64,000 nucleotides of DNA from Octopus bimaculoides (taxonomy: Eukaryota). The stretch lies in NCBI RefSeq assembly GCF_001194135.2, contig NC_068994.1, forward strand, positions 47,599,873 through 47,663,872, given 5' to 3'. Below, piece after piece: positions 26,537 through 40,055 of this stretch (its first letter is position 1; every line of letters begins with the position of its first letter). The notes beneath the pieces were generated by a model. The model worked only from the letters and a program-made list of their open reading frames with translations, ran no database searches and was not told where the DNA came from. Made by a program: the position numbers and the translations under genes.

Positions 26537-27429
26537 NNNNNNNNNNNNNNNNNNNNNNNNNNNNNNNNNNNNNNNNNNNNNNNNNNNNNNNNNNNNNNNN
26601 NNNNNNNNNNNNNNNNNNNNNNNNNNNNNNNNNNNNNNNNNNNNNNNNNNNNNNNNNNNNNNNNNNNNNNNNNNNNNNNNNNNNNNNNNNNNNNNNNNNN
26701 NNNNNNNNNNNNNNNNNNNNNNNNNNNNNNNNNNNNNNNNNNNNNNNNNNNNNNNNNNNNNNNNNNNNNNNNNNNNNNNNNNNNNNNNNNNNNNNNNNNN
26801 NNNNNNNNNNNNNNNNNNNNNNNNNNNNNNNNNNNNNNNNNNNNNNNNNNNNNNNNNNNNNNNNNNNNNNNNNNNNNNNNNNNNNNNNNNNNNNNNNNNN
26901 NNNNNNNNNNNNNNGTGGTTGTAGTTGTGGTGGTGGTGGTGGTGGTGGTGGTGGTGGTGGTGGTGGTGGTGGTGATAGTGTTTTGGAGAAAAGGAAATGG
27001 CATAGATATGTATAGGGGTGGCTTCTCATTCAGGAGAAAGTAGGAGGTAGTAGAAAGCTAATCATACGGAGCATGGGGAAGAATCTTAGAATATAATAAT
27101 AATAATAGGAGTAGGTGTGAATAATGTGGGTGGAAAATGTACCTGGAATTCCTGACGTTGGCCAAGTTAGCTTGCTGGCATATGAGTTCATGAGTTCAGA
27201 TTCTACTGTAATTAATATTATCTGTGTTATATTCAGTGCTTAGGCAAAGCATTCAATTCCATTTGCTTCAATAAGTATAAACTGTCACAAATGGGATTCC
27301 CTGTGTTTGTTAAGTATTACTTGATTTTGAATGAATTTCTATGCTAATTTCAATCCATGGTGATCCACCTACCTTCAATTTTTGGTATATCTATGTTGAG
27401 TAAATTTCTATATATCTCTCTCATTTCTC

Positions 27430-27870
27430 AGTGAGGTTTTGGTTCCCAGGCGGTGCGCTGTGTTCTTGGGCAAAGCACCTTGTTTCTGCAATCACTTTGA
27501 CATCTGACATGTGGCCCACAGTGCATCTGTACAAGCAAAGTCAATTTGATGGAGGCAGTGAGTTACTGTACTGCACAAACGTTTAATCACACTATAAGCA
27601 AATCACCTATGCAGGTTGTTTAGCATGTAAAATACACCATTTTGAGTGTGGCCGTTGCCAGTACCACCTGACTGGCCTTCGTGCCGGTGGCAAGTAAAAG
27701 CACTCACTACACTCTTGGAGTGGTTGGCGTTAGGAAGGGCATCCAGCTGTAGAAACTCTGCCAAATCATATTGGATCCTGGTATAGCCATCTGGTTCACC
27801 AGTCCTCAGTCAAATCATCCAACCCATGCTAGCATGGAAAGCGGACATTAAACGATGATGATGATGATGA
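27430..27870 (+). mobile_element. SINE family B, longer copy including a tRNA-like head region
   Basis: Head-like GGTTTTGGTTCCCAGGCGGTGCGCTGTGTTCTTGGGCAAAGCAC, then the family B core and (GAT)n tail. Other degraded family B copies lie near 13440-13690, 18050-18190, 31895-32310, 34560-34780, 37930-38100, 40340-40470, 48190-48420, 49330-49500 and 56400-56560. Confidence 0.7.
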
Positions 27871-28749
27871 TATTTTCTACCTCCCTAAATTCTCCTGTTT
27901 TAACTCCTTCATTTACTTTCATTTATTCTTGGTTAATATCTTTCTCTATCTCCGTCAATATTACATATAAATATTAAGTAAACTTCTCTACCTCCTTTAA
28001 CTTCATTTATATATTAACTCCTTTACCTCCTCTAATTCTTGGTGTGTGCGTGTGTGTGTGGGCGTGCGTGATGATAGAAAAAAAAACAAGAGGCACAGTG
28101 ACAGATCATGGATTACATGCCTATTGGTTGCCCAACAACCACATGACCAATTACACCACAGAACACCTACCAACTATCAGATTCTCAAATCAAGTACGAC
28201 AAGCAAGGTTTTGTTAGAAATATACGATCACCTGGGAACAATAATTACTAGATTGATGTCCCAGCAATGAGATTATTGCTCTTTTCTGTCCCAAATTGGT
28301 GCATTATAATGTTTAATGTCATGATCCATTAGTTTGCGCTTCTATAATATATAAAACATGTGGAATCAAACAATAACAAAATAGATGTAAATATGAACTT
28401 CCTTGAAAATTATCTCCTTTGTGTTCAATTTTATCCAAAGGCTGACAATCACATGCCAGTTCAATACGCTAAGTCCTAGGAACAATGAACTTAGATGTTC
28501 TGTATCTGTGATACTTAATGTAGTGCTGAGTCAACTTGTTATTAAATGCATACAACTGCAACTGAATGTGTTGAGTGCTACGTTTTTTCATTTGTTCACC
28601 CACTTGTATGTGTCTGAGTGAATGGTATGTTGTGTGTGTGTGTGTATGTATGTGTGTATTACTGATCAGTAATTGATAGATAACAATGATCATCTTGATA
28701 CATGTCACTGATCACCTATCGACACATACCATTGGCCATTTATTAGCAT

Positions 28750-28786
<37 letters not shown>

Positions 28787-29970
28787 ATATATACCGATAC
28801 ACACACACACACACATANNNNNNNNNNNNNNNNNNNNNNNNNNNNNNNNNNNNNNNNNNNNNNNNNNNNNNNNNNNNNNNNNNNNNNNNNNNNNNNNNNN
28901 NNNNNNNNNNNNNNNNNNNNNNNNNNNNNNNNNNNNNNNNNNNNNNNNNNNNNNNNNNNNNNNNNNNNNNNNNNATACATATATACATATACATATATAC
29001 ACATATATTTATCTATACATGCATGTATGTATACACACACACACACACACACACCACCACCACCACCACCTTTCACTTATTGATGTATATATGTTCACCT
29101 ATTGATATATTAAACCTCCAATCACTGGATGTCAATCAATTACCTTTATTATGAATATAAAATAAATAGAATGGAGTGATTAAGATAAAATAAATGAAAC
29201 AAGTTATTGATCTTATAAAGACATAAAATAGAGTATTGGAAATAAATTAAGAATATTGATTTTGCAGAGAATGTTGAGTTTGTTGAGGATGAAGAAAAAA
29301 TATAAGATAGCAAATTGAAAATCTATAGTTCATAATATAAGGTGTCTTCAATACAAATGTTATGCATTTTAATACTGAATACAACTGACTGGGTACTTCT
29401 ACCATGAACTATTATTCAGTCATTAGCATCTCACTGAAGATTTTTATAGTGTATATATTGTAATGAGACCAGTCACTACTCTTCCTTCTTCACAGCAGCC
29501 TATGTTTCATTTGCATATAAGGGACACAGCTAGGAGGATGCCATTGAAAAGATTCAGGATCTTGTCCAGCTGAGTTCAGTTGTGGCAAATACCTTCTGTC
29601 CTGCTCTTACTCTGTATGAGATCTCAGCATTCATTTCTCTGTACATATTGATTTCATATTTTGGCACAAGGCCAGTAACTTCAGGAAGTGAAGTGGAAAT
29701 CAATCACATCAATCCCAGTACTCAACTGGTACTTATTCTATCGATCCTGAAAGGGGTGGAAAGCTAAGTCGATCTGAATGGAAATTGAACTCAGAACATA
29801 AAGATGGACAAAATGCCAATAAGCATGTTACCCAGCATGCTAATCATTTTGCCACTTTGCCACCTTCCTTTGTCTCAGTATATATTTACTCTCTGTCCTA
29901 AGTAGACATTTTCCTTCATCTCCACAATTTCAAGATTCCCCCCCGCCCACTCCCCAATATTTGGCCTTTC

Positions 29971-30186
29971 AAGGTGGCGAGCTGGCAGAAATGTTAACAC
30001 ACTGGGCCAAATGCTAAGTGGTATTTTATCTGTCTTTATGTTCTGAGTTCAAATTCCGCCAAGGTTGACTTTGCCTTTCATCCTTTCATGGTTGATAAAT
30101 TAAGTACCAGTTGCATACTGGGTCGATCTAATCAACTGGGCCCCCTCCCCCAAAAAATTTTGGGCTTTGTGCCTAGAGTAGAAAAG
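29971..30186 (+). mobile_element. SINE family A, full-length copy with TSD
   Basis: Same consensus as 55008-55221, flanked by ATATTTGGCCTT at 29957-29968 and 30188-30199. Confidence 0.85.
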
Positions 30187-30249
30187 TATATTTGGCCTTG
30201 CGCTACGTTTTTGGATCACATGTATTTTGTTTCCATGTAGTTCATTTTG

Positions 30250-30405
30250 AGCACCCACTACACTCTCAGAGTGGTTGGCGTTAGGAAGGGCATCCAGCTG
30301 TAGAAACTCTGCCAAATCAGATTGGAGCCTGGTGTAGCCATCTGGTTTCACCAGTCCTCAGTCAAATCGTCCAACCCATGCTAGCATGGAAAGCGGACGT
30401 TAAAC

Positions 30406-30477
<72 letters not shown>
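30250..30477 (+). mobile_element. SINE family B, 3' part with long (GAT)n tail
   Basis: Near-identical to 33425-33580, followed by about 24 GAT units. Confidence 0.85.
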
Positions 30478-30480
<3 letters not shown>

Positions 30481-32043
30481 GAAGCTTTCAACTGAACACA
30501 GAATGATCTGCAGCTGATCGGAGGTTTCTGTATTGAGCACAATGTCTTCAATGAATCAAGAATGTATTAATAGCTCATCGTTGATGTTGAAGCAGAGGAC
30601 CAAGGGAAGATCCAACTTATGAATATCATTGGGGGAACTTATCGAACATAAGACTAGCTGAGAATGAAGGGAAGTAAATGGTGTGATCATAGAAATAAGA
30701 AAATCCCAAGTTCCAGTGGGAAGAAAAATAACTAGAAAAAATAGTGTTAGGTATCTTGTCCAACATTCTGAAAATTCTATCAATCTGCTGCTTTACAAAA
30801 ACAGTAATGCACAGTTCTGCATAATATGACACAATACTACATAGCAATACACAGTTTTTACACAACACTTCAAAGGACTGCTCAGTAGTACACTGTAGTA
30901 AATGGTACTACATGGTGCATACACTACAGTAAAGAAGCCTGCAAAATAATACATAAAACAATACAGTAAACAACTCAATTTTTCATATAAAGGGGGGGGG
31001 GCAAAAATACAAAAAGAAATACTACGCATTTTGTTAGGCTTCATTCTTGTGCCATTCTAAATCCGGTTGCTGAACCATGCCTGCACCACATATGCTAAGT
31101 AAGTTTTCACTGAAATCTGTGCGCTTGGTGTTGTTGGTGATGGTGATGGTGGTGGCTGTGGCATTGGTGGTGGTGGCGGCAGCGGTAGTGGTGGTGGTGG
31201 TGGTGGAGGTGTTGTTGTTGTTGTTGATGGTGGTGGTGCTGCTGCTGCTGCTCTCTGCTGTTTTCTTTGGAATGACTTCAGGCTGTTCAGCTTTTCTATG
31301 ATTGTTTTATTTCAAGCCTGTTGTCACCATAGTTGGACAGATGCCCAATGTGTTGTTTATATTTAGGGAGCTTGTTTCATTGTTTGCGTCTTGCTATATA
31401 GTAGTTGTTGTAGTTGTTGTTGCTGCTGTTGTTGTTGTTGTTGGTTGCTGCTATTTTTGTTGTTGTTCTTGGTGGCAGTGGTGGTAGTGGTGGTGGTGGT
31501 GGTGGTGGTGGTTGCTCAATATTTTTCATTTGCATTNNNNNNNNNNNNNNNNNNNNNNNNNNNNNNNNNNNNNNNNNNNNNNNNNNNNNNNNNNNNNNNN
31601 NNNNNNNNNNNNNNNNNNNNNNNNNNNNNNNNNNNNNNNNNNNNNNNNNNNNNNNNNNNNNNNNNNNNNNNNNNNNNNNNNNNNNNNNNNNNNNNNNNNN
31701 NNNNNNNNNNNNNNNNNNNNNNNNNNNNNNNNNNNNNNNNNNNNNNNNNNNNNNNNNNNNNNNNNNNNNNNNNNNNNNNNNNNNNNNNNNNNNNNNNNNN
31801 NNNNNNNNNNNNNNNNNNNNNNNNNNNNNNNNNNNNNNNNNNNNNNNNNNNNNNNNNNNNNNNNNNNNNNNNNNNNNNNNNNNNNNNNNNNNNNCGTTTA
31901 ACGTCCATTTTCCATGCTGGCATGGGTTGAACGGCTTTACTGAGGTCTGGAGAGCCAGCGGCTGCACCAGACTCGAATCTGATCTGGCAATGTTTCTACA
32001 CCTGGATGCCCTTCCTAACGTCAACCACTTTGAGAGTGTAATG

Positions 32044-32310
32044 GGTGGTTTTTACATACCACTGGCACAGGAGCCAGTCAGGCGGGCCTGGCATCAATCA
32101 GATAGTGCTTTTTATGTGCCACCGGTACAGGGGCCAGTCAGGGGGTACTGGCATCGGCCACATTCAGATGGTGCTTTTTACATGCCATCAGCACAGGGGC
32201 CAGTCAGGAGTTACTGGCATTGGCCACTTTTGGATGGTGCTTTTTACATGCTGCCAGCACAGGAGCCAGTCAGATGGACCTGGCATTGACCACATTCGGA
32301 TGGTGCTTCA
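32044..32310. repeat. Four tandem 60-66-bp units inside a SINE B copy
   Basis: GGTGCTTTTTACATGCCA..GCACAGGGGCCAGTCAGG...CTGGCAT.GGCCAC.TT.GGAT starts at 32044, 32104, 32170 and 32236. Confidence 0.85.
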
Positions 32311-32595
32311 ACTGGAACACTCATAAAAACCAACATAATGCCAGTTATTGTTTAATGTGTTTCGATTTAGCAAACGTATTGATCACAAGTATGTCAGCTG
32401 GATTATTTTCAATGTATCCAGAAATACATTATCCAATGTGCTATTAATCTTTTTTTTTTTCTTGTTTTAACAATAGTGTGATTTGAGGGCAATTTAGCTG
32501 TAATGTCTGCAAGTTATGTAACCACATAAAGCAAGGGTTGGGAATCTTTTTAGTACTTGGAAGGAATTGCTCGTACATAGAAACCTGTAGGACTA

Positions 32596-32935
32596 TCAGG
32601 TTAGGTCAGATATGAGGACATGCACCATTGCAGCATGTCACTGCATCCAGAAATTATTGGTACCTGCTTGGATCACCCTGGGCAACCCTCCATGCAGTGT
32701 CCAAATCAGTTCCTATCTCTGTGAAATACTTTCTCATCTGACATAACCATGGGGCACAAGCCATCACCCCCGCCATCCAACTTGGAAGATCAAGTAACAC
32801 GACCAAACGGTCTAAGCTGACCCTCCTGAATCTTACAAGTAACAGGACAAATCCCAGTTTCTGAGTATAATCACTGGCTGGATACAAAATCCAAACCAAT
32901 GGTAGCCCATAATCCTGCTGTACGGGATTGTGCAG
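32596..32935 (-). mobile_element. RTE-clade LINE, 5'-truncated decayed 3' end
   Basis: Minus-strand translation with frameshifts: RIMGYHWF / DFVSSQ*LYSETGICPVTCKIQEGQLRPFGRV / ...WLCQMRKYFTEIGTDLDTAWRVAQGDPSRYQ. This matches the RTE ORF C-terminus (LRRIxGxxWxDxVSN...QLRxFGHVxR...W). It ends in a short TGACCTAACCTGA repeat tail. Confidence 0.75.
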
Positions 32936-33314
32936 AAAAAACAAAATAATGAGATCTTTAATTTTGCAAAATTCATCAGCATTCAGCTTATGAATAACTA
33001 GTGTACCTGTACCATCAAAAATAATGGATTATACAAAAGGTATTGATATTTTGTTAAGTCCTTGTTATTATGTTGCATTGAAAGAGTAATTGGTTACAGG
33101 TTGTTTTTTTTTTCACCTTTATATAACTTATCCCAATTAATGTTATATTAAAATATTTATGGTAGTATAAGGTAATGAATTGAATTATCAGTCCTTCTTT
33201 GATAATCACTAATTTATTTGCAAAACTCCAAAATATATGCAGCCTTGAAAAGCTGCAGTTTACAACAATATTTGTAATTCAATATAATGATAATAATACA
33301 CTGTTGTATAAGGA

Positions 33315-33600
33315 TTTTCGAGTGAGATCGTTGCCAGTGCCCCTGGACTGGCTCTTGTGCGGGTGGCACATAAAAGACACCATTTCGAGCGTGGCCGTTT
33401 TCGTGCGGGTGACACGTAAAAGCACCCACTACACTCTCTGAGTGGTTGGCATTAGGAAGGGCATCCAGCTGTAGAAACTCTGCCAAATTAGATTGGAGCC
33501 TGGTGTTGCCATCCGGTTTCACCAGTCCTCAGTCAAATCGTCCAACCCATGCTAGCATGGAAAGCGGACGTTAAACGATGATGATGATGATGATGATGAT
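33315..33600 (+). mobile_element. SINE family B, 3' part with (GAT)n tail
   Basis: GAGTGGTTGGCATTAGGAAGGGCATCCAGCTGTAGAAAC...CCAACCCATGCTAGCATGGAAAGCGGACGTTAAAC(GAT)n. About 5 mismatches over roughly 155 bp against 30256-30410. Confidence 0.85.
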
Positions 33601-33657
33601 ATTAATGTTTTGAATTTATAACTTTTGAGCATCATAAATTGCTGCAGAGAGAGGGGT

Positions 33658-33720
<63 letters not shown>

Positions 33721-35937
33721 AAAAGGAGGTGATTGAATGTGAAGAGGGATAGTGTGAGATAGAGTGGAAAAGAGAAAAGCAGAAAGTAAGATAGATGGAG
33801 AATCGCAAAATGAAAACTAGAAGAAAGCATCAGAGAAAGAATAACAACATTCAGAACATTATACAAAATGGTGAGGATTACAGTTTTCAACAACATTTTA
33901 TGTTTCATAATATAGCATAGCTTGCATTTAAAAAAATCATATTTACACTCCATAGTATTATTTTACAAGTTATAACATGCAACAATATTTACATTTCACT
34001 TTATTATATGGATTGCAATATGCAGTTATGCATTTTACAATATAACCCAGCTACATTTTAAAACATAATTCAGATTTCATAATTTTACAGAGTTTTGATC
34101 TACAGCAATATCCAAATTTCATGCTATTTTACAATAGGTGCAAGCATTAAAACATTCCCTGAACATTTACAACATTCTCTGAATATAAGTCGCAGAATAC
34201 CATAAGTGAACCTAGAGGTACAAATTAAACATACATTTAATTTGAAAGTTCTCTCTGAGAGCAACTTGTTTTTAACTCATTCTAGGAGTTAGTAAAACGT
34301 GTTGACATTCTATATTAATTAATTAGTAACTTTAAGTTCCTACTATTTTTAGTTCTACTTAAAAACCACACACACAGTTGGTAATTACTAAGATACAAAC
34401 TTTGGCAAACATGCTCTAACTACATTGAATGACTGACCAGAAGACTTGCTAATGCTCATAACAGATGGAGAATTTCCTTTGTAAAGAATAGAGTTGCACT
34501 AGTTGGGCTGAATCCATTCATCATTGCTGTCATCATCGTCACCGTCATCATCGTCATCGTCATCATCATCACCGTCATCATCTTTTAACATCCCTCTACT
34601 ATGCTGGCATAGGTTGGATGGCTTGACAGAATCTGACAGGTTCCAAGGGTTGCATCATGCTCTAATGCCTGCTTTGGTGTGGTTTCTACAGCTTGTTACC
34701 CTTCCAAGTGCCAACTACTTTACAGAGTGTACTGAACACTTTGTTCATGGCACCAGCACTAGTGAGATTTTCATGCAGTTTGCAAGTCTAAGAGCCCTTC
34801 CAACTAAGTGGGGCTAGCAGGTTGTTCCACTATGTATTATGCACCTTATTGTGTTTCATCATGCACATGATCTCCCTGTCCATAGAAAAACTATCTTTCA
34901 TGAAACTAGTCTGTGCTGCAAAAGAAGGTTGGAGACTGCTGGTCAATAAGACATCTCAATTCGACCCCAGTCTTTGTGGTATTTCAATGATATCTGTATC
35001 TAAACCATCTTCATTGCTTATAATCTCATGCTGAGCACTGACAGCCATGTCATGCTAGCTTCATATTCTCAGCATCACGACATCTCCAGATATATCTATC
35101 ACCTTCCATTTTATTTTGTATTCTCTCAACAGCTCTTAATCTTTCATTTGCTTACCATTCCTCCTTTTGCTCTTTTGTTACATTTTCTAATGTTGCCGCC
35201 ACATTTTGTTTTTAGATCCTTAATTCTTTGATATCTTTTCTCTTGCATCTCATTAGCAAAGTGTGCTGCCATTCTTTACTTAAATTCTTCTGTTCTTTCT
35301 CTTTCTTCTTCAGTTCCGTTTTATACTGAAGTTGCCTTCCTCTGTCTTGCATGTGCACTGGGTCTCTCACTTCACTTCATTAATAGCTGTCTTTAAACTT
35401 TTCACTTCTCTCCCCCCCTCTCTCTCCCTCTCTCTCTCTCTCTCCCTCTCTCTCTCTCTCTCCATTTGATCTCCTTAAGTGTCTTTTGAGATTGTCTGAG
35501 TCTATAACTTTGAGCATTTTTGTGCTTATCTTGCTGCTGGTGTGTCTACAATCTGACTTAGTCTACAATATATCTTATACTCTGTTCATGCAACACAATG
35601 TCTACCAACTTTTCCGGGATATCTACTCTTTCTTCATTCCATGGTTGGTTATTATATATTATTTTCCTTATTTTAGATATTAACCCTCTTTTCTCCCTAA
35701 TATGCTGTGTTAATTTTTTTCCCTGTCATCCTTGATATCTTTTTCCTTTTTCACACACACACACACACACACACACAGAGTTTCTTTCTCTCACTCTCTC
35801 TTTCTCACTCTCCTAAACGATTTCTCTTTCTCACATTCTCCCCTCTCCCACTCTCTCACAGACACATTTTCTCTCACCTTTTACGTGCACACACTTTTCT
35901 CTCTCTTTCTCTCTCTCTTTCACTCATATGCACACAC

Positions 35938-35986
<49 letters not shown>

Positions 35987-36829
35987 CTACACATGCATGC
36001 ATGCATAGTCATGCACACACACACACACACACACACATACCACACACGTGCGCGCACACCCACACACACACACACATACCACACACGTGCGCNNNNNNNN
36101 NNNNNNNNNNNNNNNNNNNNNNNNNNNNNNNNNNNNNNNNNNNNNNNNNNNNNNNNNNNNNNNNNNNNNNNNNNNNNNNNNNNNNNNNNNNNNNNNNNNN
36201 NNNNNNNNNNNNNNNNNNNNNNNNNNNNNNNNNNNNNNNNNNNNNNNNNNNNNNNNNNNNCACACACACACATCACATACACACATAAACATTACTTTTT
36301 ACTTTCCTTTTATTTGTTTCCAAGTATTTTTATCGATTTTAAAGAAATGCATTCACTCTTTCTTTCACCAGCTCTCTAATTCAAATAGTTTTTACTTCAA
36401 TTTCCAAGAAATGAAAACACTTTCACTTTTAGCATCTCATGTTGATTCCCCTTAGTTGCTAAACATTGGAATAATCCTTTCTACTAAAGGCACAAGGCCT
36501 GAAATTTTGTGGAGGGGACTAGTTGAGTGCATAGACCCCTAGCGTTTCATTGGTCCTTAATTTATAAACCTTGAAAGAATGAAAGGTGAAGTCGACTTCG
36601 GAAACATTGGAATAATGAAAGTATTCTATAACACTGTTAATCTTCTTCTCCCTTTCTTCCATCCATCCATTTTCACTGCCTACTATTTCTGAGAGGCATG
36701 TGGGCTCGTAGTCAAGGTGTCAGACTTATGAGCATAAGATCATTGTGGTTTCAGTTCCCAGGCCAGGCAGCATGTTGTGTTCTTGAGCAAAATGCTTCAC
36801 TTCACATTACTCCTGTCTACTCAGCTGGA

Positions 36830-37012
36830 ATTAATATGAGTAAATACAGTTCTATATTTAAGACATGAGGAATTATGAACATTATTTACATAATTTACAT
36901 TATTTACATTCGACGGATATTTGTCCTCATCTTCAGCTGATATACCCTCCAGTCTTCATCAGGTGTCTTGGGGAAATTTCAAGCCTGGGTTCTCATTCTT
37001 AAAGTATTTTTC
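36830..37012 (-). mobile_element. Probable Penelope-like element terminal remnant with a partial hammerhead-like motif
   Basis: Minus strand 36962-36931 reads CTGATGA-A-GACTG-GAGGGTATAT-CAGCT-GAAG: an intact CUGAUGA box and a stem-II-like hairpin, but the GAAAC box is lost. Confidence 0.4.
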
Positions 37013-37017
37013 AATGT

Positions 37018-37040
37018 TATTATTATTATTATTATTATTA

Positions 37041-37080
<40 letters not shown>

Positions 37081-37097
37081 TATTATTATTATTATTA

Positions 37098-37153
<56 letters not shown>
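37018..37153. repeat. (ATT)n microsatellite
   Basis: Direct inspection. Confidence 0.95.
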
Positions 37154-37155
<2 letters not shown>

Positions 37156-37299
37156 AGTCACTGCCTGGAATTGAACTCAGAATCTTGGGGTTAATAGCTT
37201 GCACTCTTAACCCCAAGATTCCGAGTTCAGAAACTGGGAAACCAGTCCTTATGACTCCATAGAGCTTGTAAGGTATGCTTTATCCTTATCTTTACTATT

Positions 37300-37621
37300 G
37301 CTGAGAGGTTTGTTGGGGTAGAGCTTTCAGGCACGTCTGCCATAGGAACCTATCAGAAGCCACCATTATTAAACTTTCCCAATGAATTCCCAAATATGCC
37401 TAACTGAGACTATGGATATTATTCAATTATCTCACATACTGTCTACTCTTAAGTCCCCTGTTGGTTGGCTCAGCTTGAAGAATCTGCCTTGTGATCCTTT
37501 CCTGCAACATTCTAATTATATGTCTATAGTACCAAAGCTGTGACCTCTCAATGTAGAGAAGTAGTGACTTGACCTGAAGAGATGCCCTGTTCTCTGAGCT
37601 ACATACCTCGTCAAGTAACAT
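37300..37621 (-). mobile_element. RTE-clade (Rex3/Expander-like) LINE, decayed 3' fragment
   Basis: Translation SLLLYIERSQLWYYRHIIRMLQERITRQILQAEPTNRG...NIHSLS*AYLGIHWESLIMVASDRFLWQTCLKALPQQ resembles the motif PLLLxIERSQLRWxGHxxRMPxxRxxRxxxxAxPTGxR...W...LGI...VAxDRxxWxxxLxxLPP. Confidence 0.7.
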
Positions 37622-39497
37622 TATTCTAGAGATTCTCCTTCTTTGAATCTAATTCACATTTTCACCTTCCCAACTTCCCCATCTCTACTTTAACTTTCAC
37701 TTTCACATATTTACTTTGCCTCTCATTCTTACTCTTGCTCTCATTTCTATTCCTTATTTTCCTTGTCATATTTTCATATCTGTCCATGCTCAGTCTCTCC
37801 TTTTAAAATTTCCCTCTCTCTAAAGTCTTATTATATTTGAAAGTTACAGAGAAATAATTCAACCACACTGGCATATCATTATATTGAATTACTATTTACA
37901 CTCTGCACTGTTACTCTGTTACTGTGTACACTCTGTAAAGTGGCTGGCATTAGGAAGGGAATCTAGCCATAGAAACCATTTCAAAACAGATATTGGAGCT
38001 CACTGCAGTCCTCTGACTTGCCAGATTCTGTCAAACTGTCCAATCCATGCCAGCTTGGAATACTGTTATTAAATGATGATGATAATGATGATGATAATGA
38101 TGATGACGACGACGACAATGATGACGATGATGACAATGATGAAAGGAATTTGATTTCTTCATTTTTTATATCAACCTGTCTGAGACCACATCTGATTCTA
38201 TGATGCATGCTTCTTGTCTTCAAGTAATCTTTACATTAAAATAAATATCACTGTTGTTGTTGTATAACTTCAGGTCAGTCTTGGCTGAGTAGAGCTATGA
38301 GCTATGGCCAAAAGCTTTCCAGATATGACTCTCTCATCCTTTCTGAGAGTATTGCATATCTAAGACAACAATATCCAATGTGCCCTTGACTTTTTAGGAC
38401 AATAGAATGTACTTTTAAGGAGATTTCACTGCTATATCTAGCAAGTTCAGCAACTGTGTAGTAGCATTCTTATTGTCCATTTATTTATCATAGGTTGCAT
38501 GTTATAGTAATTGTGTATAGATTGTGGTGTATGCTCATATGTGTATATGTGTGTGTGTAAGCATGTATATACTAGACATGTGTATTTATGCATGGCAGGG
38601 TTTCAACTTTGTATCTATTCTTGCATGGGTGGGATAGCTTGTGGTCAGATCAATTGCTTTTATTTCTGGATAGATGCTCTTCTACTGTTGACAACTCAAC
38701 CATGGAGTAGAAAGTGAATGTGTTTTATGTGAGTCAAGCAAGGTTGTATATCACACACTACAGAAATCATACAGACCATATGAAAGTCAAAGTAAAGCCA
38801 GAGGCCACTCTAACCGCTATATGACCAATATGGCTTTCATACAGCTTCCATAGCCAAAAAAATGAGACTCGTTTTCATATGTACATGTTTATTGGATTTA
38901 TGGAATTACTATGACCTTCACATTGAGGGTTTGATGTGTGTATGATGGACTGCCTTCATAAAACCAGTTTAATCTTCATGGAGATAATATTCTTATGTGG
39001 TCAGGTTGACCTTCATGAGATCAGTATGACCTTCATAGACTCAATATAAATCCTGTTAATATTCATTATCATCATCACCTTGATCTCAAAAATCAACATC
39101 CTTGGGGATCACCATGACCTTCATAGATTCAGTATGACCTTTATATTGTCTATATGATGTGTATGGAGTCAGCTTAAATCTCATATGATATAATATTTAA
39201 GGTGTTGGTAAACCTTGGAGAAAAAAATCTTCATATTAATCTGGGCAACCATCATTTAGTATCTATGACCTTTGGGTTTATTTGTTCTTAAACATTTGAG
39301 TGGTCAGTGGAGTTTGACCTTTGAGACATTATTATAATTCTGTGACTTTAGCTTGATAAGTATAGGATTTCCTAGGTTTGTATCATCAGCAAGCACTATG
39401 TCACTTTTATGTGGTCAACACACACCTGTGTGGCCTGTGTGTGGTTTTCACTGTAAGACCCAAAACAAACAAAATCATACGTATAAAATACACAAAG

Positions 39498-39562
<65 letters not shown>

Positions 39563-39950
39563 ATGTATATATATATATACCAGTCAGGTGTAAATGAGCA
39601 TATCATGAACCAATAAGGGAGCCTCTATATGGTTGATGTACATGCTAGAAATAGCAGCTTAATTGCCATCAAATCACTTCGGACATATTGAACAATATAG
39701 GTAATGATGTTGATGATGATGATAATGATGATGATGATGATGATGATGGCAATGACGATGACAATGATGACAATGATGATGGTGATGGTGATGATGATGG
39801 CAATGACAGACATAGATGTAAAGAAATATGGGATATTTACATCTGATCTAATCAATCAGGAATGACCTGGCTGTAAACAACAATGTTATATTTTATATTA
39901 TGTGTAAAATAATCAAAATTGTAATTCAGAGAACAATATATTCTCAAGCT

Positions 39951-39997
<47 letters not shown>

Positions 39998-40007
39998 NNN
40001 NNNNNNN

Positions 40008-40055
<48 letters not shown>

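Noticed and set aside
32044-32310. CRISPR-like array interpretation of the regular repeats (also 53150-54170)
   Set aside because: Units are contiguous tandem repeats without unique spacers, there are no cas genes, and the context is eukaryotic.
34830-35660. Possible further LINE RT remnants on the minus strand (e.g. VDIPEKLVDIVL)
   Set aside because: Motifs are too fragmentary to align confidently by eye.
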